In this document: in pieces, positions 29,022 through 38,855 of the stretch | How the letters are laid out: each line of letters begins with the position of its first letter | Position numbering within the stretch: position 1 is the stretch's first letter | Made by a program: the position numbers and the translations under genes | From: Myxococcales bacterium | GTDB lineage: Bacteria; Myxococcota_A; UBA9042; JABWCM01; BTVJ01 | DNA length: 64,000 bases | Assembly: GCA_045863395.1 (NCBI GenBank) | Contig: BTVJ01000006.1 | Span: forward strand, 64,001 to 128,000 | Direction: 5' to 3' | Notes under the pieces: generated by a model | The model's database searches: none | What the model was told of the DNA's origin: nothing | Seen by the model: only the letters and a program-made list of their open reading frames with translations

Positions 29022-30389
29022 ATGTGGAGGCTCGCGATGCGGCTCGCACTCCCGTTGCTTGCGCTGCTCACCGTGGGGCCTGCGGCGGCGAGCCCCCTTG
29101 GACCGAACCGCGGCGACATCACAGGGGACGGGGCCGTCACCGTCGTTGACGTCAACTGCTTCATCGCTGCGGCGCTGGCCGCCCTCAGCGCGGATGACGC
29201 CCCGGCCTGCCAGGCAGTTCCAGACGCACAGGCGGACATGCAGTGCGACGGCGTCATCAACGTGGCGGACGTGCAGCGCGTCATCGTGGTGCGGTTGAAC
29301 CTGCTGGCGCCGGGGCCGGAGCTGGAGGCGCTGCTCGGCCCCGGTGACGCCGACCTGGACGGCCTCCACGACGCGTGCCCCAAGGACAAGGACAGCGACG
29401 GCGTCCTCGACGGAGTGGACGTGTGCCCGGAGGTCCCAAACCCCGGCCAGGAGGACATGGACGGCGACGGCGTCGGCGACGCCTGCGACGCGGACAACTG
29501 CACGGGCGTCGTGTGCGCCGATGGAGGACCCTGCACGCTGCCGGTCTGCGTCCCGGAGACCGGCGCGTGCGGGGTGGTCGCCCCCGACGGTCACCCCTGT
29601 GACGCGGACGGGAGCGGCTGCACCGCGGGCGATGCCTGCGTGTCGGGGCAGTGCGAGGCCGGTCCGGCGGTGGACTGCGGCGCCGCGGGCGACGCGTGCT
29701 CGGTGGGCCTCTGCGTCTCGACGGGGGCAGCGAGCTTCCTGTGCGCCTCCGACCCGACCCCTCTGGAGGGCGGGCCGTGCGACGACGGCGAGCCCTGCAC
29801 CATGGCGGACTCGTGCGAGGGGGGCTCCTGCGGCGGCCCGAGCTGGCCCGCGTGCGAGGACGCCACCGCCGGGCTCGTCTGCCTGCTCTCGGGCGCTGCG
29901 GGTGCTCAGGTTGCCTGCGCTGTCCACCTCGTCAGGGCCACGCAGCAGGAGCTCCCCGCGGTGAACCTCCAGGCCCACTGGAGCTGGGACACGGGCGCCG
30001 CGACCCTCGACGTGTTGCAGGACGGCACGAAGTGCTTCACGCCCACGTTCTGCGTCCCATGGTTGATCCCCACCTACTTCACGGCGCTCCAGTCGAACCA
30101 CCAGGTGAGCCTGACCCCGTCGAGCCCCGCGGCGTGGACCGGGAGCGGCTTCATGCTCATCGCAAACGCCCAGAGCACGAACGCGCCGCTCACGGACGCG
30201 TGGCTCGAGGGCCCGGTCGTGCAGGGAGACCCCGTCCTGCTCACCGCGCTCTTCACTTTGAAGGTCGACGTCGATGCGGCCGCGCCGGTCCCCGTCACCC
30301 TGTCCGGCATCGTGATGACCGACAAGGAGCTGCAGCCGCTCCAGGTGGACACCCTGAACCTGGTGATTCGGACCTCCCTGGCGCCATGA
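29022..30389 (+). CDS. Secreted Cys-rich protein: dockerin-like / TSP3-like / Cys-repeat / cohesin-like (short paralogue)
   Basis: Signal peptide; [14 protein letters not shown] and [43 protein letters not shown] repeats; C-terminal beta domain. Start may be a few codons downstream. Confidence 0.75.
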   Translation: MWRLAMRLALPLLALLTVGPAAASPLGPNRGDITGDGAVTVVDVNCFIAAALAALSADDAPACQAVPDAQADMQCDGVINVADVQRVIVVRLNLLAPGPELEALLGPGDADLDGLHDACPKDKDSDGVLDGVDVCPEVPNPGQEDMDGDGVGDACDADNCTGVVCADGGPCTLPVCVPETGACGVVAPDGHPCDADGSGCTAGDACVSGQCEAGPAVDCGAAGDACSVGLCVSTGAASFLCASDPTPLEGGPCDDGEPCTMADSCEGGSCGGPSWPACEDATAGLVCLLSGAAGAQVACAVHLVRATQQELPAVNLQAHWSWDTGAATLDVLQDGTKCFTPTFCVPWLIPTYFTALQSNHQVSLTPSSPAAWTGSGFMLIANAQSTNAPLTDAWLEGPVVQGDPVLLTALFTLKVDVDAAAPVPVTLSGIVMTDKELQPLQVDTLNLVIRTSLAP

Positions 30390-30557
30390 GGCCAGGCGCC
30401 GGTCACAGTCGATACCGCTCCGTCGCCTCTCGGGACAAAGTTCGGGTTGTGAAATCCGGCCGAGTGGGCATCCTAGTCACCGTCGGCGCGTTTCTGCCGA
30501 CCGCGGTGCGCTTGCCCTTCGAGGGGGAGGCCCCCGCGAGACCCGTGTGGAGGCAGG

Positions 30558-33170
30558 ATGACAACGCTCCGAGTCGCGGTCCTCGTGACGCTCGTGCTGG
30601 CGACGACCGCGGCGACCGCGGCCATGGGCCCCAACCGGGGCGACATCAACGGCGACGGCGCCATCACGGTCGTGGACATCAACTGCTTCATCGGGGCGAC
30701 CCTGGCTGCGGCGAGCGGCGGCGCCACCCCGAGCTGCCAGGCGTCCGCCGACGCGCTGGTCGATCTGCAGTGCGACGGCGTCATCTCGGTGCTGGACGTG
30801 CAGCGGGTGATCCTGATTCGCCTCCATCAGCTCGCTCCGACGCTGGACATCGAGGCGCTGCTCCGAGTGGGAGACAGCGACTTCGACGGGCTCCACGACG
30901 GGTGTGAGGCGGACACGGACGGTGACGGCGTCATCGACGACGACGACCTCTGCCCGACGGTCCCCGACCCGCAGCAGCTCGACGTGGACGGCGACGGCGC
31001 CGGCGACGCGTGTGACCCTGACAACTGCACCGGGACTGTCTGCGCGGACGACGGCAACCCCTGCACCGCGAGCGCGTGCAACCCCGCAACGGGGCTCTGT
31101 GCGGAGCCCCTGCCCGACGGGACGGGCTGCGACGCGGACGGCGATGGCTGCACCGTCGGAGACGCTTGCGCCGACGGGGTCTGCGTTCCTGGTGCGGCGC
31201 CGGACTGCTCCTCGCTGAGCGACGCCTGCAACCTGGGGGCCTGTGTGTCCGGCGGGCCGGATGCCTTCGCGTGCGCCGCGGCGCCGTCCGCCGGTCCGTG
31301 CGACGACGGTGACGCCTGCACCAGCGGGGATGCGTGTTCTGATGGAGCGTGCGTTGCGGTCCCCATTCTCTGCCCAGACGACGGCAACCCCTGCACGTCC
31401 ACGACCTGCGACGCGGTGTTCGGCTGCCTGGACCTGCCCAACAGCGACCCGTGCGACGACGGCGAGGTGTGCACCGCCAACGACACCTGCGCTGAGGGAC
31501 AGTGCGTCGGTGTGCCGGACCCCGCCTGCCAGTGCGCGGGGACGGCCGACTGTGCCCAGTTCGAGAACGGCAACCTCTGCGACGGGACGCTCGTCTGCCA
31601 GGCGAACCAGTGCGTCGTGGATCCGTCGACCGTCAAGTCCTGCGCCCCCACCGGCGTCCCCTGCCAGGTGGCGGTCTGCCAGCCTGCCACGGGCCTCTGT
31701 CTGCCGCAGACGGCCGCGAATGGCGCTTCCTGCAACGACGAGGACCCGTGCACCCTCGGCGACATCTGCTTCGGGGGCTCCTGCGGTGGGACGTCCAAGT
31801 TCTGCCCCGACGATGGCAACCCGTGCGTCCTCGACGTGTGCGACGCTTCGACGGGCGCCTGCGGAGTGACCGCCGCCGCGGGGGCGCCCTGCGACGACGG
31901 GGACCTGTGTACGACCGGCGACCAGTGCGCTGGCGTTACGTGTCTTGGCGCTCCCACCCAGTGCGCCGACGACGGCAACCCGTGCACCACCGACGCCTGC
32001 GATCCGGCGACTGGCGGCTGTGGCGTGCCCACCGCCGGCGGCACGCCATGCGACGCGGACGGAGACGGCTGCACGGTCGCCGACGCCTGCGACTCGGGGG
32101 TGTGTCTGCCAGGGGCGCCCGCCGACTGCTCAGACCTGTCCGACCCCTGCAACGTGGGCGTGTGCGCGGCGGATGGGCCTGAAGCGTACTCGTGCAGTGC
32201 TCAGGCGGTCGCCGGTCCCTGTGACGACGGGGACCCCTGCACCTCGGGCGATGCGTGCACCGCCGGCACCTGCGTCGGCGCGGCCGTCACCTGCGGGGAC
32301 GACGGCAACCCGTGCACCACCGATACGTGCGACCCCGCGACGGGTGGCTGCGGCGTGCCCGTCCCCAGCGGTACGCCCTGCGACGCGGACGGCGACGGCT
32401 GCACCCAGGGCGACGCGTGCGTGGGAGGGCAGTGTCTCGCCGGCCCGCCCGTGGACTGCTCGGCGTCAGACGACGACTGCAACGTCGGCGCGTGCGCGTC
32501 GACGGGCCCCGAGACCTGGGCCTGCGCCCAGGACCCGGTCCCGCTGGAGGGAGCCCCCTGCGATGACGGCGAGGTCTGCACGTTCCCCGACACCTGCGGT
32601 CAGGGTGCCTGCGGGGGCGCGACCTACCCCGCGTGCGAGGACCCGGATGGTGGGCTGATCTGCCTGCTCTGGGGCCAGTCGGGCCAGACCGTCGCGTGCG
32701 AGCTGCACCTGGCGCGCGCCACCGAGGCGTCGCCCCCGGCGGTCAACCTCCAGGCCGACTGGGCCTGGGACGCGACGGCGGCGAGCCTCGATCAGCTCCA
32801 GGACGGCGAGAAGTGCTTCACGCCCGAGTTCTGCGTGCCCTGGCTCATCCCGTCGAGCTTCTCGGCGCTCCAGTCCGGGCACTCCGTCAACCTGGACCCG
32901 ACGACCCCCGCGACCTGGACCGGGGCCGGTCACATGCTCCTCGCCAACGTCCAGGCGGCGGACGTCCCGCTGACGGAGGCGTGGCTGGAGGGCCCGATCC
33001 TGCACGGTGAGTCCCATGTGGTGACGGCGCTCTTCACGCTGAAGAAGGACATCCCGGCGTCGAGCCCGGTGCCGGTGAGCCTCTCGAACCTCGTGATGTC
33101 GGACAAGGACCTCCACCCCCTCGCGGCGCAGGCGCTCCAGCTCCTGCTGCGCACGAGCCCTGCCCCTTGA
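30558..33170 (+). CDS. Secreted Cys-rich protein: dockerin-like / TSP3-like / extended Cys-repeat stalk / cohesin-like (long paralogue)
   Basis: GGAGG RBS; same N- and C-terminal domains as 29022..30389; many DDGNPCT and CDADGDGCT repeats. Confidence 0.8.
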   Translation: MTTLRVAVLVTLVLATTAATAAMGPNRGDINGDGAITVVDINCFIGATLAAASGGATPSCQASADALVDLQCDGVISVLDVQRVILIRLHQLAPTLDIEALLRVGDSDFDGLHDGCEADTDGDGVIDDDDLCPTVPDPQQLDVDGDGAGDACDPDNCTGTVCADDGNPCTASACNPATGLCAEPLPDGTGCDADGDGCTVGDACADGVCVPGAAPDCSSLSDACNLGACVSGGPDAFACAAAPSAGPCDDGDACTSGDACSDGACVAVPILCPDDGNPCTSTTCDAVFGCLDLPNSDPCDDGEVCTANDTCAEGQCVGVPDPACQCAGTADCAQFENGNLCDGTLVCQANQCVVDPSTVKSCAPTGVPCQVAVCQPATGLCLPQTAANGASCNDEDPCTLGDICFGGSCGGTSKFCPDDGNPCVLDVCDASTGACGVTAAAGAPCDDGDLCTTGDQCAGVTCLGAPTQCADDGNPCTTDACDPATGGCGVPTAGGTPCDADGDGCTVADACDSGVCLPGAPADCSDLSDPCNVGVCAADGPEAYSCSAQAVAGPCDDGDPCTSGDACTAGTCVGAAVTCGDDGNPCTTDTCDPATGGCGVPVPSGTPCDADGDGCTQGDACVGGQCLAGPPVDCSASDDDCNVGACASTGPETWACAQDPVPLEGAPCDDGEVCTFPDTCGQGACGGATYPACEDPDGGLICLLWGQSGQTVACELHLARATEASPPAVNLQADWAWDATAASLDQLQDGEKCFTPEFCVPWLIPSSFSALQSGHSVNLDPTTPATWTGAGHMLLANVQAADVPLTEAWLEGPILHGESHVVTALFTLKKDIPASSPVPVSLSNLVMSDKDLHPLAAQALQLLLRTSPAP
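31041..32620 (+). repeat. Intragenic ~330-nt (110-aa) Cys-rich super-repeats
   Basis: Units start at CxDDGNPC at 31041, 31962 and 32292; the intervals 31041-31371 and 31962-32292 are both 330 nt. Confidence 0.85.
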
Positions 33171-33514
33171 GCGAGGACCCCATGACCGCTCTGGCCGATC
33201 GTGACTGCCGCCGCTGCCGCACCGCCACCCTGGACGCCTTCGGCATCGATCCGCTCCTGGCCGAGCTCTCCGACCGCTGGAGGGTCGTCGGCACCGACCG
33301 CCTGGAGGGGGACCTGGTCTTCCCGGACTTCGCCGAGGGGCTGGAGTTCGTCAACATTGTCGGCGCCATCGCGGAGGCCCAGGATCACCACCCGGAGCTC
33401 CACCTGTCATGGGGCAAGGTGCGCGTGATCCTGTGGACCCACTCGGCGGGCGGGCTGACGGAGGCAGACTTCGTGCTGGCGGCCCGCATCGACCGCGCCT
33501 TCGAGGAGGGCTAG
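33167..33514 (+). CDS. Pterin-4-alpha-carbinolamine dehydratase
   Basis: FVNIVGAIAEAQDHHPEL..WGKV...WTHSAGGLTEADFVLAARID; start TTG 33167 or ATG 33182. Confidence 0.92.
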   Translation: MSEDPMTALADRDCRRCRTATLDAFGIDPLLAELSDRWRVVGTDRLEGDLVFPDFAEGLEFVNIVGAIAEAQDHHPELHLSWGKVRVILWTHSAGGLTEADFVLAARIDRAFEEG

Positions 33515-34848
33515 CCCTCGTAGGCGGCGTCGGCGATCTTCAGCGCGTCATCGATCATCGCCATGCCCTCGTCCAGCTCCGCCTCATTGACGCAGAGCGG
33601 GGGGACGGTGAAGATCCAGTTCCAGCGCACGAAGGTGTGCATGCCCAGCTCTCGGAGCCGCGCCGCCACCTTGCCCATGGCGCCCATCTGCGCGGCCGTC
33701 GCGTTCCAGGGGGCCAGGGGCTCGCGGGTCTCGCGGTTCTTCACGCACTCGATGACGCCGAACAGGCCGATGCTGCGCGTGTCGCCCACCGACGGGTGGT
33801 TGGCCTTCAGCTCCGCGTGCCGCGCGGCCATCTTCTCGCCCATGACGCGGGCGTTCTCGACCAGCCCGTCCTCCTCGTAGACCTCCATGGTGGCCAGCGC
33901 CGCCGCGCAGCCCACCGGGTGGCCGCTGTAGGTGAGGCCGCACATCAGGGGCTTGTCCTCGAAGAAGTCGGCGATGTGCTGGCGCACGATGACCGCCCCG
34001 AGGGGGACGTAGCCGCAGGTGATGCCCTTGGCGCAGACCATGATGTCCGGCACCACGTCGTAGTGCTCGATGGCGAACATCTTGCCCGTGCGCCCGAAGC
34101 CGCTCATCACCTCGTCGGCGATGATCAGGATCCCGTGCTTGTCCGCATACTTGCGCAGCGCCTGCCAGTAGCCCTGCGGCGGGATGATCAGGCCGCTCGA
34201 CCCGGTGACGCTCTCCATGAGGATGGCCGCCACGTTCTCGGGCCCCTCGAACTCGATGGTCTGGATCACGTGGTCGATGTAGACCTGCAGGTTGCCCTCC
34301 GGCGCGTAGCCGAAGGGGCATCGGTAGGCGTAGGGGTCGTGGACGCGCACGATGCCCGTGATGCCCGGCTCGTGGGGCAGGCGCCGCGGGTCGCCGCTGG
34401 CGGTGGTCGCGCCGTAGGTCGCCCCGTGGTAGCTGCGGTAGCGGGTGACGATCTTCTGGCGACCGGTCACGTCCCGCGCGATCTTGATGGCGTTCTCGAT
34501 GGCCTCGGCCCCACCGAGCGTGAACAGCGTCTTCGTCAGGTCGCCGGGCGCGAGGGACGCCAGCTTCGCGGCTGCCTGCCCCTTCACCTCCGTCGCCATG
34601 CCCGGGTAGACGAAGGCCAGGCGCTCCGCCTGCTCCTGGATGGCGCGGATGATCTTCGGGTGCCCGTGCCCGACGTTCATGTTCATGAGCTGTGACGAGA
34701 AGTCGATGTACCGCTTGCCGTCCACGTCCCAGATGTAGACCCCCTTGGCCCGGTCCATCACGATGGGGTTGGTCGCGGCCTTCTGGGGCATCCACGAGAA
34801 GAACACGTGGTCGCGGTGCTGGGAGAGGATCTCTGCGCGTCTGTCCAT
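33511..34848 (-). CDS. Class III PLP aminotransferase (omega-amino acid/taurine-pyruvate-like)
   Basis: YIDFSSQLMNMNVGH, GGAEAIENAIK, SYHGAT, IADEVMSGFGRTG, AKGIT, GLTYSGHP. Confidence 0.92.
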   Translation of the reverse strand: MDRRAEILSQHRDHVFFSWMPQKAATNPIVMDRAKGVYIWDVDGKRYIDFSSQLMNMNVGHGHPKIIRAIQEQAERLAFVYPGMATEVKGQAAAKLASLAPGDLTKTLFTLGGAEAIENAIKIARDVTGRQKIVTRYRSYHGATYGATTASGDPRRLPHEPGITGIVRVHDPYAYRCPFGYAPEGNLQVYIDHVIQTIEFEGPENVAAILMESVTGSSGLIIPPQGYWQALRKYADKHGILIIADEVMSGFGRTGKMFAIEHYDVVPDIMVCAKGITCGYVPLGAVIVRQHIADFFEDKPLMCGLTYSGHPVGCAAALATMEVYEEDGLVENARVMGEKMAARHAELKANHPSVGDTRSIGLFGVIECVKNRETREPLAPWNATAAQMGAMGKVAARLRELGMHTFVRWNWIFTVPPLCVNEAELDEGMAMIDDALKIADAAYEG

Positions 34849-34932
34849 GGTCAGCCCTCGCTCGGGGTGGTCAGCCAAAAGAAGCCTCTCTCTAGCCCTT
34901 TTTGCCGCGACGGGCAAGTCGCAGGGTTTCGA

Positions 34933-34962
34933 TTGACGGCGCCCGGACGGGAGCGGTACGGT
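34933..34962 (+). promoter_or_regulatory. Possible sigma70-type promoter for ACBP-POT
   Basis: TTGACG-18 nt-TACGGT, followed by AGGAGG before ATG 35003. Confidence 0.45.
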
Positions 34963-35002
34963 CGGGCCCTTCGACGGCGCGGCTACGCGCAGGAGGTCTC
35001 CC

Positions 35003-35281
35003 ATGAGCCCAGCCATGGACTCGGAAGCGCGGTTCCGCGACGCCCTCGCCCGCGTGAAGGCGCTCCCCCAGCAGCCGAGCAACGTGCTCCTCGATCTCTA
35101 CGGCCTGTTCAAGCAGGCGTCCGACGGCGACGTCAGCGGCAAGCGCCCCGGCGTCCTCGACCTGCGGGGCCGCGCCAAGTGGGACGCCTGGGCCGCGCGC
35201 CAGGGCATGACCCGCGAGGCCGCGATGCTCGCCTATGCGGAGCTCGTCGACCGGCTGTGTGGCAGGGGGGCGAACCCATGA
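35003..35281 (+). CDS. Acyl-CoA-binding protein (ACBP)
   Basis: LLDLYGLFKQASDGD...RPG..DL.GRAKWDAW...GMTREAAM..Y. Confidence 0.92.
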   Translation: MSPAMDSEARFRDALARVKALPQQPSNVLLDLYGLFKQASDGDVSGKRPGVLDLRGRAKWDAWAARQGMTREAAMLAYAELVDRLCGRGANP

Positions 35282-37014
35282 CGGACGCCCCGCCCCGCAA
35301 CGCGAAGGGCTACCTGACGGCCCCGGACCACACGCTGACCGGGTGGCCCCCCGGCGTGCCCTACATCATCGGCAACGAGGGCTGCGAGCGGTTCAGCTTC
35401 TACGGCATGAAGTCCATCCTTCAGGTCCACCTGACGGCGCTCGGCGTCATGGTCCTGCTCACGCAGGGCATCGCCGACGGCACGGTGGAGTGGGTGGAGA
35501 CCACCTTGGGGCGAATTCCGCTGCTCTCGGCTGCCGCGCGCGAGTCTGCCGCCCAGGAAGCTCAATACGTCGTCCACCTCTTCATCGCGGGCGTCTACGC
35601 CTTCCCGATGATCGGCGCCATCCTCGCCGACCGGCTCTGGAACAAGTACAACACCATCCTCTGGCTGAGCCTGGTCTACTGCGCGGGCCACGCGGTGCTC
35701 GCCGTGGGCGAGAACAGCCTGGAGGGCATGTACCTGGGCCTCGCCCTCATAGCCATCGGGTCGGGCGGCATCAAGCCCTGCGTGTCCGCCAATGTGGGTG
35801 ACCAGTTCGGGAAGGCCAACTGGAGCCGGCTCGAGCGCGTCTTCCAGATGTTCTACTTCATCATCAACTTCGGGTCCTTCTTCGCCACCCTGCTCATCCC
35901 GTGGGTCAAGGAGGTCTACGGGACGAGCGTCGCCTTCGGCATCCCCGGCGTCCTCATGTTCATCGCGACGGTGATCTTCTGGACCGGGCGCAAGAAGTTC
36001 GTCCACGTGCCCGCGCGCCCGGGCGGCGCCTTGGGGGGCCTCGACTTCCTGAGCTCGGCGTTCATGTTCATGACCTTCGGGTCGCTCTTCTTCACGGCGA
36101 CCGCCCCCTTGTGGGTCATCCTCGTCACGTCGGGGTCCTGCCTCGCCGTCGGCATGGTGCTGTTCTTCGCGCGGCAGCAGCGCCAGCCCGACGACAGCTT
36201 CCTGCCCGTGTTCCTGTACGCGGCCTCATCCTTCCTTCGCGGTGAGCGCGGCGAGGGGCGCCCGGTCCGGGCGGCGGGGGACGACAAGCCCGCGTCCGAG
36301 CGGTGGCTGGACCAGAGCCGCTTCTGGGGCGCCGCCGTGCGCCGCTACGGGCACGCGACCGTCGAGGGGCCGGTGGCGGTCCTCAAGATCATCAGCATCT
36401 TCGTGATGGTCAGCGTGTTCTGGGCGCTCTTCGATCAACACGCCTCGTCGTGGATCCGCCAGGCCGAGGTCATGGACCGGACCTTCGATCTGCCGTTCAT
36501 CGGGGCCTTCACCGTGCTGCCCTCGCAGGTGCAGGCGCTCAACCCGGCCCTCGTGATGATCCTCATCCCCTTCGCGGGCTTCGTCCTCTACCCGGGCATC
36601 GGCAAGCTCGGCTTCACCATGACGCCGCTGCGGCGCATGACCATCGGCATGGCCATCGCCAGCGCCGCCTTCGCCGTAGTGGCGCTCATCCAGGCGCGCA
36701 TCGACGGGGGCGAGCACGTCCACGTGGTCTGGCAGATCATCCCCTACATCATCATGACCCTCGCCGAGGTCATGGTGTCGATCACCGGCCTGGAGTTCGC
36801 CTACAGCCAAGCGCCGAAGCGCATGAAGTCCACCATCATGGGCTTCTGGCTGCTCACGGTGGCGCTCGGCAACGTGCTCGTGTCCTTCCTGAGCACGTTC
36901 AAGGGGCTGGCGCTGGTCGACTTCTTCTGGACCTTCGCGGCCTTCATGGCGGGGGCGGCGCTGCTCTTCGGCCTGCGGGCGGCCTTCTACCGTATGCGGG
37001 ACTACGCGCAGTAG
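35278..37014 (+). CDS. POT/PTR-family proton-dependent oligopeptide transporter
   Basis: NEGCERFSFYGM (ExxERF), GSGGIKPCVSANVGDQF, FYFIINFGS, GLEFAYSQAP; ATGA overlap with ACBP. Confidence 0.93.
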   Translation: MTDAPPRNAKGYLTAPDHTLTGWPPGVPYIIGNEGCERFSFYGMKSILQVHLTALGVMVLLTQGIADGTVEWVETTLGRIPLLSAAARESAAQEAQYVVHLFIAGVYAFPMIGAILADRLWNKYNTILWLSLVYCAGHAVLAVGENSLEGMYLGLALIAIGSGGIKPCVSANVGDQFGKANWSRLERVFQMFYFIINFGSFFATLLIPWVKEVYGTSVAFGIPGVLMFIATVIFWTGRKKFVHVPARPGGALGGLDFLSSAFMFMTFGSLFFTATAPLWVILVTSGSCLAVGMVLFFARQQRQPDDSFLPVFLYAASSFLRGERGEGRPVRAAGDDKPASERWLDQSRFWGAAVRRYGHATVEGPVAVLKIISIFVMVSVFWALFDQHASSWIRQAEVMDRTFDLPFIGAFTVLPSQVQALNPALVMILIPFAGFVLYPGIGKLGFTMTPLRRMTIGMAIASAAFAVVALIQARIDGGEHVHVVWQIIPYIIMTLAEVMVSITGLEFAYSQAPKRMKSTIMGFWLLTVALGNVLVSFLSTFKGLALVDFFWTFAAFMAGAALLFGLRAAFYRMRDYAQ

Positions 37015-37042
37015 GCAGCCAAGCTCGTCAGGCTCGACGGGG

Positions 37043-37366
37043 TCAGGCGAGCTCGTCCTCGATCTCGGCGAGGAGCTGCTCGCACTCCAGGCGGGGCCCG
37101 CTGTGGCCCTGGGCGATGGCGAGCTTGATGGCGGCGCGGCAGGCGTCCCGGGCGTCGGACCACCGCTCCAGCTCCATCAGGGCCCGGGTGCGATGCACGT
37201 GGGCCATCATGTAGTCGGGCTTGATGGCGGCGACCTCGGCGAAGGTCGCGGCAGCCTCCTCGAAGCGCCCCGCCTCCAGCAGCGCCTGGCCCAGAGAGAA
37301 CCGCGGGAGCTCGCTGTCCGGGAACTGGGCCACGAGGGCGCGACACCGGTCGATTCGTTCGCTCAT
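37043..37366 (-). CDS. Small TPR protein
   Basis: FSLGQALLEAGRFEEAA...PDYMMAH; ATGA overlap with the HMA gene stop. Confidence 0.75.
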   Translation of the reverse strand: MSERIDRCRALVAQFPDSELPRFSLGQALLEAGRFEEAAATFAEVAAIKPDYMMAHVHRTRALMELERWSDARDACRAAIKLAIAQGHSGPRLECEQLLAEIEDELA

Positions 37367-37710
37367 GGTGCCTTCGGGGGGGGCGTCGCCTCCGCCTCTG
37401 TTGCAGTGCGGGCCTTGTAGCCGGCCTTCTCGATGGCTTGGATGATGTCCGCTGCCTTGAGCTTCGCGGGGTCGAACGTGACCCAGGCCCGGGCCTGTTC
37501 GTGGCTGGCCTTGGCCTCAGTGATGCCGTCGACCTTGGCCAGGGTCTCTTCGATGTGTGTGGCGCAGCCCTCGCAAGTGGTCCCCTCCAGCACCAGGGTT
37601 ACGCTCGCTGCCTTCGCCTTCGCTTCCGCCACCGTCGCGGCCTTCTCACCGCCGCACGCGATCAGCGGCAACGCCAACCACGCCAGCACCACGAAAGTCT
37701 TCATGTTCAC
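37363..37710 (-). CDS. Heavy-metal-associated (HMA, MerP/CopZ-like) lipoprotein
   Basis: Lipobox PLIAC; EGTTCEGC metal motif; IEKAGYKA. Confidence 0.85.
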   Translation of the reverse strand: MNMKTFVVLAWLALPLIACGGEKAATVAEAKAKAASVTLVLEGTTCEGCATHIEETLAKVDGITEAKASHEQARAWVTFDPAKLKAADIIQAIEKAGYKARTATEAEATPPPKAP

Positions 37711-38855
37711 ACCATCTGCTCAGGCACGGTGGCCTTGTCCTTGCTGCTCTTGCCGGTCTGAAGGATCCGTGTGCCGAGGTCCGACCGGATGAAGATATAG
37801 AGGATCGCGGTCAGCGCCAGGAGCACGCCGCCGGCGAGCCACGGGTTGTACTGCTCCTGCAGGTAGATCTTTCCCTCGCCCACCGGCGGGATGAACGGCG
37901 GCTCGATGGGCAAGCCGAACCGTTGGGCCAAGATGGCCGCCTGGATGAGGTGGATGACCGGCACGCCCTCGTTGGAGAAGCGGACCATCACGGAGTCGAT
38001 GGTCGACGAGCCCGACGGCGTGGCGCGGTTGAGGCCCGCGCGGAACATCTTCTTGCCGACGCTGGTGCCGACGGACGCGGCGCCGCCGCCCACGTTGACG
38101 TAGGCGGCGATGGGGCGCTCCCCCGCGGCCTCGCGGTACACGCGCATGCGCTCGACGACGCTCTCCTCGTAGTTCGCGGGCTTGATCAGCGGGATGTTGT
38201 TGCGCTCGATGGACTCCAGGAGCATGGCGCGCCCCTGCTTGGACATGCCGAAGCCCCGGTCGTCGATGCCGCCCATCGACGCGGCGACGGACCGGATGCT
38301 GAACACCCCGTGCTGGCTCAGGATTCGCTCCATGTCGAGCCAGGTCAGCCCCGGGATGTTTGCTCCCCACTGGGAGGCCGCAACGGACGTCATGACGATG
38401 CACCGCAGCTTGAGCGCCGTGCAGGCCGCGTAGCTCCCCATGTTGAGCGCGGGGAAGGAGCCGGACGCGCCGACCGCCACCGTGTCGCCCTCCTCGACGC
38501 CCGCCTTCTTGAGCAAGTGGACGATCACGGCGCCCCAGTTGGGGTTGATCGAGGTGCGCTTGGCGGGCAGGTGGCCGCTGTTGGACGTGATCGGCGACAT
38601 GAGGATGCCGATGACGCCCGACTGGGCCGGGTCCGCCTCCAGGTCCACCTCGGGGCCGAGGCGAAGCCGCTCCTCCTTGATGACCTCCAGCGCCTGCCGG
38701 GTGAGGCGCGCCGCGGCCATCTTCTCTGCGTGGAACGGCTGCTTCGTCTTGACGAGGAAGTTCTCGACGGACCACAGGGCCGTGACGGACAGCAGCGCCA
38801 CCAGGAGGAGCACGTTGCGCGAGACCTTGTTGGGCCGCCAGTAGAGACGCTTCAT
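37707..38855 (-). CDS. pgsW: Poly-gamma-glutamate system protein (PgsW-like)
   Basis: Follows pgsC with ATGA overlap; SPITSNSGHLPAKRTSINPN, GASGSFPALN, ASQWGAN, YVNVGGG; N- and C-terminal TMs. Confidence 0.8.
   Translation of the reverse strand: MKRLYWRPNKVSRNVLLLVALLSVTALWSVENFLVKTKQPFHAEKMAAARLTRQALEVIKEERLRLGPEVDLEADPAQSGVIGILMSPITSNSGHLPAKRTSINPNWGAVIVHLLKKAGVEEGDTVAVGASGSFPALNMGSYAACTALKLRCIVMTSVAASQWGANIPGLTWLDMERILSQHGVFSIRSVAASMGGIDDRGFGMSKQGRAMLLESIERNNIPLIKPANYEESVVERMRVYREAAGERPIAAYVNVGGGAASVGTSVGKKMFRAGLNRATPSGSSTIDSVMVRFSNEGVPVIHLIQAAILAQRFGLPIEPPFIPPVGEGKIYLQEQYNPWLAGGVLLALTAILYIFIRSDLGTRILQTGKSSKDKATVPEQMV

Noticed and set aside
34807..35277. N-terminal extension of the POT transporter
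   Set aside because: It overlaps the ACBP gene and the aminotransferase start; ATG 35278 with ATGA coupling is more plausible.
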